Positions 1-8,158 of a stretch of DNA of 64,000 nucleotides are shown in pieces. Positions within the stretch are counted from its first letter, which is position 1. Every line of letters starts with the position of its first letter. Origin of the DNA: Bacillota bacterium (lineage in GTDB: Bacteria; Bacillota; Peptococcia; Peptococcales; BICA1-8). The stretch spans positions 19,041-83,040 of the forward strand of contig JBMOKT010000017.1 of assembly GCA_049323895.1 (NCBI GenBank). Direction: 5' to 3'. The position numbers and the translations under genes are program-made. The notes under the pieces were generated by a model that had not been told where the DNA came from, searched no databases, and saw only the letters and a list, made by a program, of their open reading frames with translations.

Positions 1-551
1 TTTAACTCATCCTTTAAGATATCAGTATCAACAATGGTATTTTCGGTAAAAGGTGTAATATTGGACTCCGTTATGATTTTCGTAATTTCTTCGTCCTTTT
101 GAAAAGCAGTAAGCAGCTTGCCCGAAGCGCCGCAAAACAGGGGTAATAAATCACCAATGGATGATATTCTTCTTAAAACATTGAAGCCTTCAACCTGTTC
201 AATGCACACCCGGTAAAGATTCTTCTTAATGTAAAGATTAATGGTTTCACCGGTTTTATCCCTTAAGTCAGTCATTATGGGAAGCGCCACATCTTTCAAA
301 TCATAATTTTTTAAAGCGAAATTTGATATTTTTATCAATTTAAGCCCCAACTGGTACTTGCCGTTTAATTCATTTTGCTCAATAAACCCCTTTTTTTCTA
401 AGGTTGAAATCAACCTGTAAGCGGTACTTTTGGGCAAATCTAATTTTTTGCAGATTTCCGGCAGGGTAAGCTGGGGTTTTCCTTCAGTAAAAGCAAAAAC
501 AATGTCAATTGCTTTTTCAACTGATTTTACAGTATCTAACTTACTCTCCAT
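1..551 (-). CDS. IclR-family transcriptional regulator; the 3' end runs off the left edge of the window
   Basis: Absent from the ORF track because it is edge-truncated. Hand translation of the minus strand from the ATG at 551-549 gives MESKLDTVKSVEKAIDIVFAFTEGKPQLTLPEICKKLDLPKSTAYRLISTLEKKGFIEQNELNGKYQLGLKL... This is a winged-HTH followed by the start of an IclR effector domain. GGAGG lies 8 nt upstream and the frame stays open to position 1. Confidence 0.75.
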   Translation of the reverse strand, partial: MESKLDTVKSVEKAIDIVFAFTEGKPQLTLPEICKKLDLPKSTAYRLISTLEKKGFIEQNELNGKYQLGLKLIKISNFALKNYDLKDVALPIMTDLRDKTGETINLYIKKNLYRVCIEQVEGFNVLRRISSIGDLLPLFCGASGKLLTAFQKDEEITKIITESNITPFTENTIVDTDILKDEL

Positions 552-677
552 GTATAAAGCCTCCTTTTCTTTTACTCCCGCATTGCGGGACTCATCATCC
601 GTATTGCGAGTTTGATTTATAATATTCAATAAACATGCAGAAACTCCTCCTTTTTCGTAAAAGTATACAGTATTTTT

Positions 678-751
678 AGTGGCTAGTTGTTAGTTGGCTA
701 GTGGCAAATAAAAGAAGTGACTGGTTACTGATTACTGGAATTTGGTTAAGT
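678..751 (+). repeat. Copy A of a ~75-bp GTGGCTAG/GTGACTGG intergenic element
   Basis: AGTGGCTAGTTGTTAGTTGGCTAGTGGCAAATAAAAGAAGTGACTGGTTACTGATTACTGGAATTTGGTTAAGT. It aligns almost base for base with 4096-4168 (reverse strand) and 34569-34642. Confidence 0.8.
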
Positions 752-803
752 ATGAAAGTTTGTGAGTGTGTTAGATTATGCTAAACTAGGTTATTAATTA
801 ACA

Positions 804-870
804 TTAAAGATTACGCTGCGCTAGATTAAGGCTTTTTAATCTAGTGCAACTTGTTGCACGAAATCTTTAA
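804..870. other. Nested inverted repeats able to form a three-way junction; function unknown
   Basis: An outer stem TTAAAGATT (804-812) / AATCTTTAA (862-870) encloses two hairpins. One is CTAGATTAA-ggcttt-TTAATCTAG (821-844). The other is GTGCAA-cttg-TTGCAC (844-859). A second hairpin follows, GAAATAC...GTATTTC (882-927). Confidence 0.5.
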
Positions 871-960
871 TCTAACAAAGTGAAATACTATTTTCTGCAG
901 CACTGTAGCATGGACATGCAGTATTTCCCTTAAGCTTAAGCAGGTAGAACTGTAGAAATA

Positions 961-990
961 AAAAATCAGCCCGCGTAGGACTGATTTTTA
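961..990 (-). terminator. Intrinsic terminator downstream of the synthase-like gene
   Basis: Minus strand reads AAAAATCAGTCC-tacgc-GGGCTGATTTTTATTT: a 9-bp stem with one G-U pair plus a T-run, about 70 nt after the stop at 1060. Confidence 0.75.
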
Positions 991-1059
991 TAATTTATAA
1001 TTTTTCCCTTAACCTTATCCTGTCATGCCGTATAACTCTGGGGCTTGCCTAGCCTTGGG

Positions 1060-2184
1060 CTATTTCCCTTCCAGGTATTCTGCATAAAGTAGAATAAGTT
1101 CCTTATCAAAAAGAGCACGCTTTAAAGAGACAGTCGTCTCCCTTATTTTACTTAAAAATTTTTGTGCATCTTCATCACTGATTTCAGTGCCGTATTCCCG
1201 GAACTTCTGTTTAACGGCGGCGGCACTGGAATGTTTGCCTATAATTATCTGCCTTTCCAGGCCAACTTCTTTAGGATCAAATATGTCATAGGCGTGAGGG
1301 CTCTTGGAGATGCCATCACTGTACCGACCCGAGTGGGTAAACATATTGGAGCCTACAACAGCTTTCCAGGAAGGAACTTCCCGGTTGGAGGCTTGGGCAA
1401 CATAATCGGAGATTTCCCTAAAACGAGTTGTATTGAGGCTTACTTTGTAATCCAAAACATATTTAAGGGCCATGGCAACTTCTTCTAAGGCAGCATTTCC
1501 TGCCCTTTCACCTAAACCATTAACGGTAACATTAACGTGGGTGGCACCTGCTGCCACACCAGCCACAGCATTGGCAGTAGCCATTCCAAAATTATTATGA
1601 GTATGCATCTCAATATCAATATCCACAGCTTGGATAAGGGTTTTTATTCTCTCAAATGTAGTAATAGGGTCTAATAATCCGACAGTATCACAGTAACGAA
1701 GCCTGTCAGCCCCTGCTTCTTTCGCGGCTTTGGTAAATCTCACCAAAAAATCCATATCTGTTCGGGAGGCATCCTCGGCACTAACTGATATGTATAAACC
1801 ATATGACTTGGCATGGCTGGTTGCAGCTACCATATCATGGACTACCTGGGATGGAGTGGACCCAAGCTTGTTAGCTATATGGATATGGGAGGTGGGTATA
1901 GAGATTGCAACAGCATCTACACCAGATCTGATAGATGCTTCAATATCCTCGATATTAGGTCTATTCCAGGCCATGATGCTGGCCCGATGATTGGATTCAA
2001 CCACCTGTTTAATGGCCTCTAATTCATCTCCGCCCATAACAGGAATACCTACCTCAATCTGGTCAACTCCAATTTCATCCAGCATTTTGGCAATCTGCAC
2101 CTTTTCCCGCAGGGCAAAAACTACGCCTGCAGTTTCTTCTCCATCCCTCAGAGTAGAATCTACAAAAGTGATTTTCCTTTTCAT
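1060..2184 (-). CDS. Homocitrate synthase / 2-isopropylmalate synthase family protein (HMGL-like aldolase, NifV/LeuA-like)
   Basis: Contains TFVDSTLRDGEE, EVGIP, the HTHNNFGMATANAVAGVAAGA motif and GLGERAGNAALEE. The start was moved to the ATG at 2184 (MKRKITF) because AAAGGAGG lies 7 nt upstream. The track ORF begins at 2211. Confidence 0.75.
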   Translation of the reverse strand: MKRKITFVDSTLRDGEETAGVVFALREKVQIAKMLDEIGVDQIEVGIPVMGGDELEAIKQVVESNHRASIMAWNRPNIEDIEASIRSGVDAVAISIPTSHIHIANKLGSTPSQVVHDMVAATSHAKSYGLYISVSAEDASRTDMDFLVRFTKAAKEAGADRLRYCDTVGLLDPITTFERIKTLIQAVDIDIEMHTHNNFGMATANAVAGVAAGATHVNVTVNGLGERAGNAALEEVAMALKYVLDYKVSLNTTRFREISDYVAQASNREVPSWKAVVGSNMFTHSGRYSDGISKSPHAYDIFDPKEVGLERQIIIGKHSSAAAVKQKFREYGTEISDEDAQKFLSKIRETTVSLKRALFDKELILLYAEYLEGK

Positions 2185-2307
2185 AATTATCCTCCTTTCT
2201 TTCCTAAACATGCTTAGTATTTCTATTATATAACAAACAATATTTTTTTGAAATAATTTCTAATCAAGGATGTTTTTGAAAAAAGTTAGGCCGGCAGTAT
2301 ACCGGCC

Positions 2308-2559
2308 CTACATTATTTCCAAAGGTACTAAGATATGTTTTTCATGGTCACATCCCCCGCAATTAAAGAGATGAATGCAGTTATCGTCGGACTCTTGCAA
2401 AATCGGAATATCATCCTGTTCCTCATAAGGGCTGTAGGGTGCATAATAATCCTCAATTCTCCCTAAATCATCCATTACCTGTTCACAATTATCACATATT
2501 TCCCCAATGCTTACAAAGCCGTTACAAACAGGACAGCCAAACTCCATAAAGCTTTTCAT
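2308..2559 (-). CDS. Small Cys-rich (zinc-ribbon-like) hypothetical protein
   Basis: 83-aa ORF with CPVC...CDNC...C...CGGC cysteine pairs. A GGGAGG lies at the start and a hairpin GGCCGG-cagtata-CCGGCC lies immediately after the stop. Confidence 0.5.
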   Translation of the reverse strand: MKSFMEFGCPVCNGFVSIGEICDNCEQVMDDLGRIEDYYAPYSPYEEQDDIPILQESDDNCIHLFNCGGCDHEKHILVPLEIM

Positions 2560-2629
2560 CCTCCCTAAGGTTATGATAGCTTAAGTGTTCCATAATTAGG
2601 CAAAGTATATCCAGACAAATATTTCTATT

Positions 2630-3463
2630 TTAATCGTCCTTTAACATAATTAGTCCGGCCAGCCTACCTGTTTTTCCGCTATAGTAACGATAAGAAAAGA
2701 GTAGTTGAGGATTGCAAAAAGTACAAATTTGGGCAACACTAATATTCGCGTCCGTTAAGCCTGCCTCCAGTAATTGCAAACGGTTTGCTTCCCATAGATT
2801 TAATTGGGCCTTGCCCTCCCCGGTGAAATTTAGAATTTTGGTCCATAGTAAGTGGCTCTCCTGAATTTTTTCTATAACCGGTTGGTCAACTTCATAATGA
2901 CAAGGTCCGATGGAAGGACATATGCCTGCTAAAATATTACCAGGATTGGAGTTAAAAGACTCCTTCATTTTTTCTACTGTTTTTGAGGCAATTTTTGCAG
3001 CAGTGCCCTTCCAACCGGCATGAATCACAGCAATGGCCTTTTGTACCGGATCCAGGAGCATAATAGGGACGCAGTCGGCATAAAAAGCAATTAAGGCTAC
3101 ACCCGGTTCATTTGTTATCAATGCATCTGTCTCCTTAATAACAGTTTCCTGTTCTAATGCGCCTTTACCACGGTCCAGCTTGCCTGCATTATAAATATTA
3201 TCCCCGTGAATCTGGTCAGCGGCAACTATATTTTCTGAAGGGATGCCAACGGCTTGGGCAAAAATTTTTCTGTTTTCCTTCACCTTCTCAAAATTATCCC
3301 CGCAATGGAAAGCAAGATTTAAGGAATCATAGGGTGTGTCACTCCTTCCCCCAATACGGGTGCTGAATCCATGCTTTACCAAGCCTGTTTCTGCAAAGGT
3401 AGGAACAATATAATATTTAACTCCGTTTTTTTCCACTAATTGAAAAGCTCCGATTATGAACAC
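2630..3463 (-). CDS. pgeF: Peptidoglycan editing factor PgeF (YfiH/YlmD, DUF152 laccase-domain family)
   Basis: Contains HGFSTRIGG, QIHG, DALIT, ADCVP and HAGWKGT motifs. The start is uncertain: the GTG at 3463 overlaps its own GGAGG, and an internal GTG about 27 nt downstream is possible. Confidence 0.85.
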   Translation of the reverse strand: MFIIGAFQLVEKNGVKYYIVPTFAETGLVKHGFSTRIGGRSDTPYDSLNLAFHCGDNFEKVKENRKIFAQAVGIPSENIVAADQIHGDNIYNAGKLDRGKGALEQETVIKETDALITNEPGVALIAFYADCVPIMLLDPVQKAIAVIHAGWKGTAAKIASKTVEKMKESFNSNPGNILAGICPSIGPCHYEVDQPVIEKIQESHLLWTKILNFTGEGKAQLNLWEANRLQLLEAGLTDANISVAQICTFCNPQLLFSYRYYSGKTGRLAGLIMLKDD

Positions 3464-3480
3464 CTCCCAATTTCCCTGCT

Positions 3481-3508
3481 TTAATACTATACTATAGTAT
3501 AGTATTAA
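3481..3508. repeat. Perfect 28-bp palindrome in the pgeF promoter region
   Basis: TTAATACTATACTA|TAGTATAGTATTAA. I checked both halves as exact reverse complements. Confidence 0.9.
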
Positions 3509-3525
3509 ATTTGCTAAATAATTAG

Positions 3526-3551
3526 GGAGGTAAAAATTTCCATTTACCTCC
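3526..3551 (-). terminator. Hairpin after nrdG (probable terminator with a weak T-tract)
   Basis: GGAGGTAAA-8 nt-TTTACCTCC, a 9-bp perfect stem 20 nt after the nrdG stop. The following tract CTAATTATTT is only moderately U-rich. Confidence 0.5.
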
Positions 3552-3570
3552 TCTAAACTTAGACCTATTG

Positions 3571-4080
3571 TTACGCATATTTAATTTGGTTATTGAAGGT
3601 TTTTAAAACAACGCTGTCCCCAGCAAAGGAGCCCGCTAAGTCTATAATGCGCTGGTTGAGGGAACCCTTGAAAAATAAGGAAATATCCTTTTGGGCTTCA
3701 ATATAGGGACCATCCACAAGGACATCCACCAGTTGAAGTATGGGCAAGTCCTTCACTTCCTCAAAAAGGTATCCTGTGTATAACCAAATATTAAGTTCCG
3801 GTCTTCGTTTTTTAAGATAAGTGATTACCTTCAGCAGGTTTTCATGCTGCAATAGGGGATCCCCCCCCGAAAACGTAATTCCGTTATGCCGGGGGGATAC
3901 TTTTCTTAATATTTCCTTGGCCAGATCCCGTTCTTCAATCTCCTTACCACCATAAGGGTCAAGAAGTTCTTGGTTATGGCAGCCTGGGCAAACTCTGGGG
4001 CAGCCCTGGAGAAAAGTCACTACCCTAATCCCCGGACCGTCAACTATAGAATCTGTCAATATATCAGCATATCGAATCAT
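3571..4080 (-). CDS. nrdG: Anaerobic ribonucleoside-triphosphate reductase activating protein (radical SAM)
   Basis: Contains DGPGIRVVTFLQGCPRVCPGCHN and GGDPL. The start was moved to the ATG at 4080 (MIRYADI) because GGAGG lies 9 nt upstream. Confidence 0.9.
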   Translation of the reverse strand: MIRYADILTDSIVDGPGIRVVTFLQGCPRVCPGCHNQELLDPYGGKEIEERDLAKEILRKVSPRHNGITFSGGDPLLQHENLLKVITYLKKRRPELNIWLYTGYLFEEVKDLPILQLVDVLVDGPYIEAQKDISLFFKGSLNQRIIDLAGSFAGDSVVLKTFNNQIKYA

Positions 4081-4095
4081 GTTAGTTTTCCTCCA

Positions 4096-4168
4096 ACTTA
4101 ACCAAATTCCAGTCACCCGTCACCAGTCACTTGTTTTACTAGCCACCAGCCACTAACAACTAGCCACT
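4096..4168 (-). repeat. Copy B of the GTGGCTAG/GTGACTGG element, in the nrdD-nrdG spacer
   Basis: The reverse complement reads AGTGGCTAGTTGTTAGTGGCTGGTGGCTAGTAAAACAAGTGACTGGTGACGGGTGACTGGAATTTGGTTAAGT. Confidence 0.8.
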
Positions 4169-4196
4169 GACCATAAAAATTAACCTATTAGGTTAG

Positions 4197-6305
4197 TCAC
4201 ATATGCTTAACCCTGTTTTTCTCTTCAGCCTTTTTAGCATCATTAAATAAGTCCAAAGTTGAAAGATAGCCCGTTATCCTTCTCACCCTACTTATCCTGC
4301 CCTCGGTTCCGCAGGCGGGACAAACTTCCGTATCAATGACCCCGTTGAAACCACATTCCTTGCAAACATCTACAGGGAAGTTAACGGCAGCATAACCCAT
4401 TTCCGCTTCATACATGGCATGGATAATATTTTCAAAGGCTTCTAAATTATTAGTAGGCGCAGAAGGCAACTCTACATAGGAAATATGCCCCGCATTGCAC
4501 ATTTGGTGATACGGTCCCTCAATGTTAATTTTTTCAATAGCACCAATTTTAAAATCTACCGGTATGTGAAAGGAGTTTGTATACCATTCCTTATCAGTAA
4601 TACCAGGGAGTTCTCCAAAAAGCTTTTTATCTTTTGCTACAAATTTCCCGCTTAAACCTTCAGCCGGGGTAGCCAGAAGGGAGAAGTTAAGTTTATATTT
4701 TTGAGTGGCTTCATCACATTTTCTGCGTAAATGTCCGACAATGGAGAGCCCCAAAGCTTGCGACTCCTTGCTTTCGCCGTGGTGTTTCCCCGTTAAGGCC
4801 TTCAATGCTTCCGCTAAGCCAATAAAGCCTAAGCTTAAGGTACCATGCTTGAGAGCTTCTTCAATACAGTCATCAGCAACTAAATTTTCACTGCCCATAT
4901 AAAGCTTTTGTCCCATTAAGAAAGGAAAGTCTTTTACTTTCAACCGCTTTTGAAAATCATAGCGGGTCAGGAGCTGCTTAATGGTCAGTTCTATTACTTT
5001 ATCCAAGCTGCTCCAGAATTCGGATAAATCTCCCTTGGATTTAATGGCTAAACGGGGCAGATTTATGGTAGTAAAAGAAAGGTTGCCTCTCCCATCGGTA
5101 ACTTCTGGTCCATTTACATTTCCGATGACACGGGTCCTGCAGCCCATATAAGCTACTTCATCTTCGTATACGGCATTGAAAGCGGAATCCTGGAAAGAAA
5201 AGTTAGGGAATAATCTTTTGCAGGCAACTTTCATGCTCAAAAGAAATAAGTCATAATTGGGGTCTTCAGGGTCATAATTTATACCGTCTTTAATTTTAAA
5301 ACAAATATTAGGGAAAATTGCAGCCTCCCCCTTGCCCAGACCCTTCTCGTAAGCTTTCAAAAGCTTCTTTGTTATCATTCTTCCGCCTCTGGACGTATCA
5401 GTACCAAGATTTATAGAGGAGAAGGGCACTTGGGCACCTGCCCGGGAATGCATTGTATTCAAGTTATAAATGAATCCTTCCATAGCCTGATAAACTTCAT
5501 CTTCTACCTGTTCCTGAACTATTTCACTTATTTTTCCATCATCACTTTCTAAACCAAGGGACGCTAAAGTATCCCTTAGCATTCTTTCCTGACGGATAAA
5601 CTCTTTTTCCACATACAAACCCATATCCCTGTCAAAGAAAGCAAAAGATTGCCCTCCATGGTGGTCATTCTGGTTGCTTTGCATTATTATGGCTGCTAAA
5701 GCCGCTGCGGTCTTAATGCCTTTAGGGGGTCGGATATAACCATGTCCGTTATTGAATCCCTCTTCCAAAAGTCTTCGCAAGGGAATCTGCAGGCAGGTGG
5801 TAGTTTTGCCATACCAGGCTAAATCATGTATGTAGATATCCCCATTAATATGGGCTTCTGCCTGTTCAGCAGGAATAACTCGTTTTAAGTAATAGTCTTT
5901 GGAGGCAATCTCCGATATCTGCAGGACCTTAGCCGAGGGGGAATTGCCTACATTAGCGTTTTCCCTGCTGGTTTCCCTAAGAACTTCTGCAACAGCGTCC
6001 ATTAGCTCCGATCTGGTTTCCCTAATTCTTGTCCGTCCATCCCTGTATAATATGTAAGCCTTTGCCGTTCTAGCATGCCCTTTCTCTATTAATACTTTTT
6101 CTACAGCATCCTGGACATCCTCCACAGTAAAGACATGACCATTGAACCTTTCCTTTAAATAACGCAAAACATCAATGGTCAATTCCATGGCTGTCTGCTT
6201 ATCTTCACCACCTACAGACTTAGCCGCCTTAAAGATGGCATCGGTTATCTTTCCTTCGTTGAAACCAACTTCCCGCCCATCCCTTTTGCGAATACTTGTA
6301 AACAT
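4197..6305 (-). CDS. nrdD: Anaerobic (class III) ribonucleoside-triphosphate reductase
   Basis: 702 aa. It has an N-terminal ATP-cone, a C-terminal Zn site CKECG...CPACG and the glycyl-radical motif RVRRITGYL. Confidence 0.95.
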   Translation of the reverse strand: MFTSIRKRDGREVGFNEGKITDAIFKAAKSVGGEDKQTAMELTIDVLRYLKERFNGHVFTVEDVQDAVEKVLIEKGHARTAKAYILYRDGRTRIRETRSELMDAVAEVLRETSRENANVGNSPSAKVLQISEIASKDYYLKRVIPAEQAEAHINGDIYIHDLAWYGKTTTCLQIPLRRLLEEGFNNGHGYIRPPKGIKTAAALAAIIMQSNQNDHHGGQSFAFFDRDMGLYVEKEFIRQERMLRDTLASLGLESDDGKISEIVQEQVEDEVYQAMEGFIYNLNTMHSRAGAQVPFSSINLGTDTSRGGRMITKKLLKAYEKGLGKGEAAIFPNICFKIKDGINYDPEDPNYDLFLLSMKVACKRLFPNFSFQDSAFNAVYEDEVAYMGCRTRVIGNVNGPEVTDGRGNLSFTTINLPRLAIKSKGDLSEFWSSLDKVIELTIKQLLTRYDFQKRLKVKDFPFLMGQKLYMGSENLVADDCIEEALKHGTLSLGFIGLAEALKALTGKHHGESKESQALGLSIVGHLRRKCDEATQKYKLNFSLLATPAEGLSGKFVAKDKKLFGELPGITDKEWYTNSFHIPVDFKIGAIEKINIEGPYHQMCNAGHISYVELPSAPTNNLEAFENIIHAMYEAEMGYAAVNFPVDVCKECGFNGVIDTEVCPACGTEGRISRVRRITGYLSTLDLFNDAKKAEEKNRVKHM

Positions 6306-6308
6306 CTT

Positions 6309-6776
6309 CTATTCCCTCCTATTACCTGTCCGTAAGAGACCTTCAATCTCTTTTATAAACGTATTAATATCCTTAAACTCCCTGTATACGGAAGCAAATC
6401 TAACATAAGAAACCTCATCCAATTCCTTTAGCTTGTCCATAACTAATTCACCAATCAAGGAAGAACTCACTTCCCTTTCCATACGGTTTCTAATATCCCT
6501 TTCAATTTCCTCAGTAACCCTTTCTAAAGCACGAGAAGAAACAGGCCTTTTCTCACACGCCTTAATTAAGCCATTTAAGATTTTGGTGGTTTCGAAAACT
6601 TCCCTCTTGCCATCTTTTTTAACTACTAATAAAGGTACATCTTCAATCTTTTCGTAGGTAGTAAACCTTTTAGAGCATTCCCCACATTCCCTGCGACGCC
6701 TAATGGAATTTCCTTCGTCTGCAGAACGTGTATCCAAAACTTTGGTGTCAAAAAAACCGCAAAATGGACAACGCAT
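6309..6776 (-). CDS. nrdR: Transcriptional repressor NrdR
   Basis: MRCPFCG...[12 protein letters not shown] zinc ribbon plus an ATP-cone. It lies 3 nt upstream of nrdD. Confidence 0.95.
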   Translation of the reverse strand: MRCPFCGFFDTKVLDTRSADEGNSIRRRRECGECSKRFTTYEKIEDVPLLVVKKDGKREVFETTKILNGLIKACEKRPVSSRALERVTEEIERDIRNRMEREVSSSLIGELVMDKLKELDEVSYVRFASVYREFKDINTFIKEIEGLLRTGNRRE

Positions 6777-6919
6777 TTTGTTTCACTCCCATTAATAAAA
6801 TTAGGGGCAAGTAAACTTTGGGTAGATTTTTTGGAAAAGTTTTTTAGAAATCTTAGAGGGTTTTTCTGCCTGCAGCTAGAACATAGATTGTATGTATATA
6901 GAGTAAAAACACACAAATG

Positions 6920-6967
6920 TCACTATATTTAGTGACATTTACTATTTTATACTACTATATTTAGTAT
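6920..6967 (-). promoter_or_regulatory. Two tandem NrdR boxes overlapping the nrdR-nrdD-nrdG promoter
   Basis: tCACTATATTTAGTGa (6920-6935) and tACTATATTTAGTAt (6952-6967) share the core CTATATTTAG. Centre-to-centre spacing is 32 bp. Both fit the published NrdR-box palindrome acaCwAtATaTwGtgt. TATAAAAT lies between them on the coding strand. Confidence 0.7.
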
Positions 6968-7000
6968 GTCAAACCATAATTTTACAGAAACCAAAAACAA

Positions 7001-7025
7001 AAAAGCGCCTCATGGCGCTTTTTTC
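7001..7025. terminator. Bidirectional intrinsic terminator separating ylmC from the nrd operon
   Basis: AAAAAAGCGCC-tcat-GGCGCTTTTTT. Confidence 0.8.
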
Positions 7026-7122
7026 TCAGAAGCAGATGCATCCCTATATGTTCACCTTCATTGAATGCTTGCCTTATCCTAAGCCTCAACCTAGACCTTA
7101 ACCTAAAACCGCCTTGGCGGTT

Positions 7123-7419
7123 TTAGAGTTCCGCCTTTCTAACCCACTCTTCATTTTTATCCCTTCTAGGTAATTCAGTAAATTGTATTGCTTCTACCAG
7201 GATAACATCTATCCCAATTCTGATTATTTTTTCCCAGGGCACAATATAATCTTCTTTTTTATTGAAAATATTAAGGAACCTGCTGGCACCAGGAAGAATT
7301 AAAGCGGTTATTCTGCCTGTCTCCACATCAATATCGATATCCTTAATTGGTCCTAAACGTCTCCCATCAATTACATTAATTATTTCCCGTTCTTGCAAAT
7401 CCGAAACTTTAGCAAGCAT
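7123..7419 (-). CDS. ylmC: YlmC/YmxH-family sporulation protein (PRC-barrel)
   Basis: SDLQEREIINVIDGRRLGPIKDIDIDVETGRITALILPG matches the YlmC/YmxH signature. A hairpin AAAACCGCC-ttgg-GGCGGTTTT lies at the stop. Confidence 0.8.
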   Translation of the reverse strand: MLAKVSDLQEREIINVIDGRRLGPIKDIDIDVETGRITALILPGASRFLNIFNKKEDYIVPWEKIIRIGIDVILVEAIQFTELPRRDKNEEWVRKAEL

Positions 7420-7527
7420 GAGTACCCCTCCTTATAGATGGACAATATATGTATATGTGCAGTTGCAGTTTTAATGACAAAAAAATAAACCAGGCGAAAG
7501 AACCTGGTTGTATATGCAGTCAATTAT

Positions 7528-8154
7528 CTAAATTATTCTCCAAACCCCGGAAAAAAGTTGGAGGAAATTATGCCAAATCCGTTTAGGGGCGCCTAATGGT
7601 TCATTACTTTTTTCCTTAGATATTTTTGAATTTAAAGTTGGTACCGTCTTCTCATCTAAAACTAAAGACTTTTCAACTTTTTTTACCCAATCGCCATGAC
7701 AGATTGGAGGATAAAGAACACACCACCAATTGCCTCCTTTTCCTTCTCCAATTATTATCTTTAAAGCCATGTATTCACCAGCAGGCAAGACCAGTGAGTT
7801 ACTATATCTGCGCGCAGGAAACCTGCTTTTTCCCAATTCAATTTTTACTTTGTAGTTAAAGCCTTTATTTTCAATGTATTTTTCGATATGTTTTTTTTGC
7901 GCTCTGCTATTTTTGTTAATATAAGAGGAGACCTGATTTATGTTTTTAAGCTCCTTTAATTCAGCCATCTCCCTGAGTACTAAGTCCCTTATTTCTAATT
8001 TAAGGTTTTGATCTTCAGGACTGTCAGAATTTGCAATTATATGTAGGCGAATGATATCCTTCTCGACTTCATCGGCAATCAAGGGCTGATTTAAGCTCAA
8101 ACTCAAAAATATCAAAAAAACAATTGCGCTAAGCTTTAACTTCAAATTCAACAC
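7528..8154 (-). CDS. spoIIR: Stage II sporulation protein R (signal for pro-sigma-E processing)
   Basis: It has a signal/TM segment and then IRLHIIANSDSPEDQNLKLEIRDLVL, the SpoIIR family signature. Confidence 0.85.
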   Translation of the reverse strand: MLNLKLKLSAIVFLIFLSLSLNQPLIADEVEKDIIRLHIIANSDSPEDQNLKLEIRDLVLREMAELKELKNINQVSSYINKNSRAQKKHIEKYIENKGFNYKVKIELGKSRFPARRYSNSLVLPAGEYMALKIIIGEGKGGNWWCVLYPPICHGDWVKKVEKSLVLDEKTVPTLNSKISKEKSNEPLGAPKRIWHNFLQLFSGVWRII

Positions 8155-8158
8155 CCCT

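Noticed and set aside
430-615. 61-aa plus-strand ORF at the left end.
   Set aside because: It is antisense to the well-supported IclR regulator N-terminus.
6626-6916. 96-aa minus-strand ORF overlapping the nrdR 5' end and promoter.
   Set aside because: It overlaps nrdR out of frame, extends across the promoter and NrdR-box region, and has no RBS.
7040-7100. Possible decayed copies of the 30-bp unit near the ylmC 3' end (atgttcacct...) and near the crcB 3' end (23480-23535, tttagtcagttcgtcatc).
   Set aside because: Similarity is limited to about 10-nt stretches in AT-rich sequence. It is not distinguishable from chance by eye.
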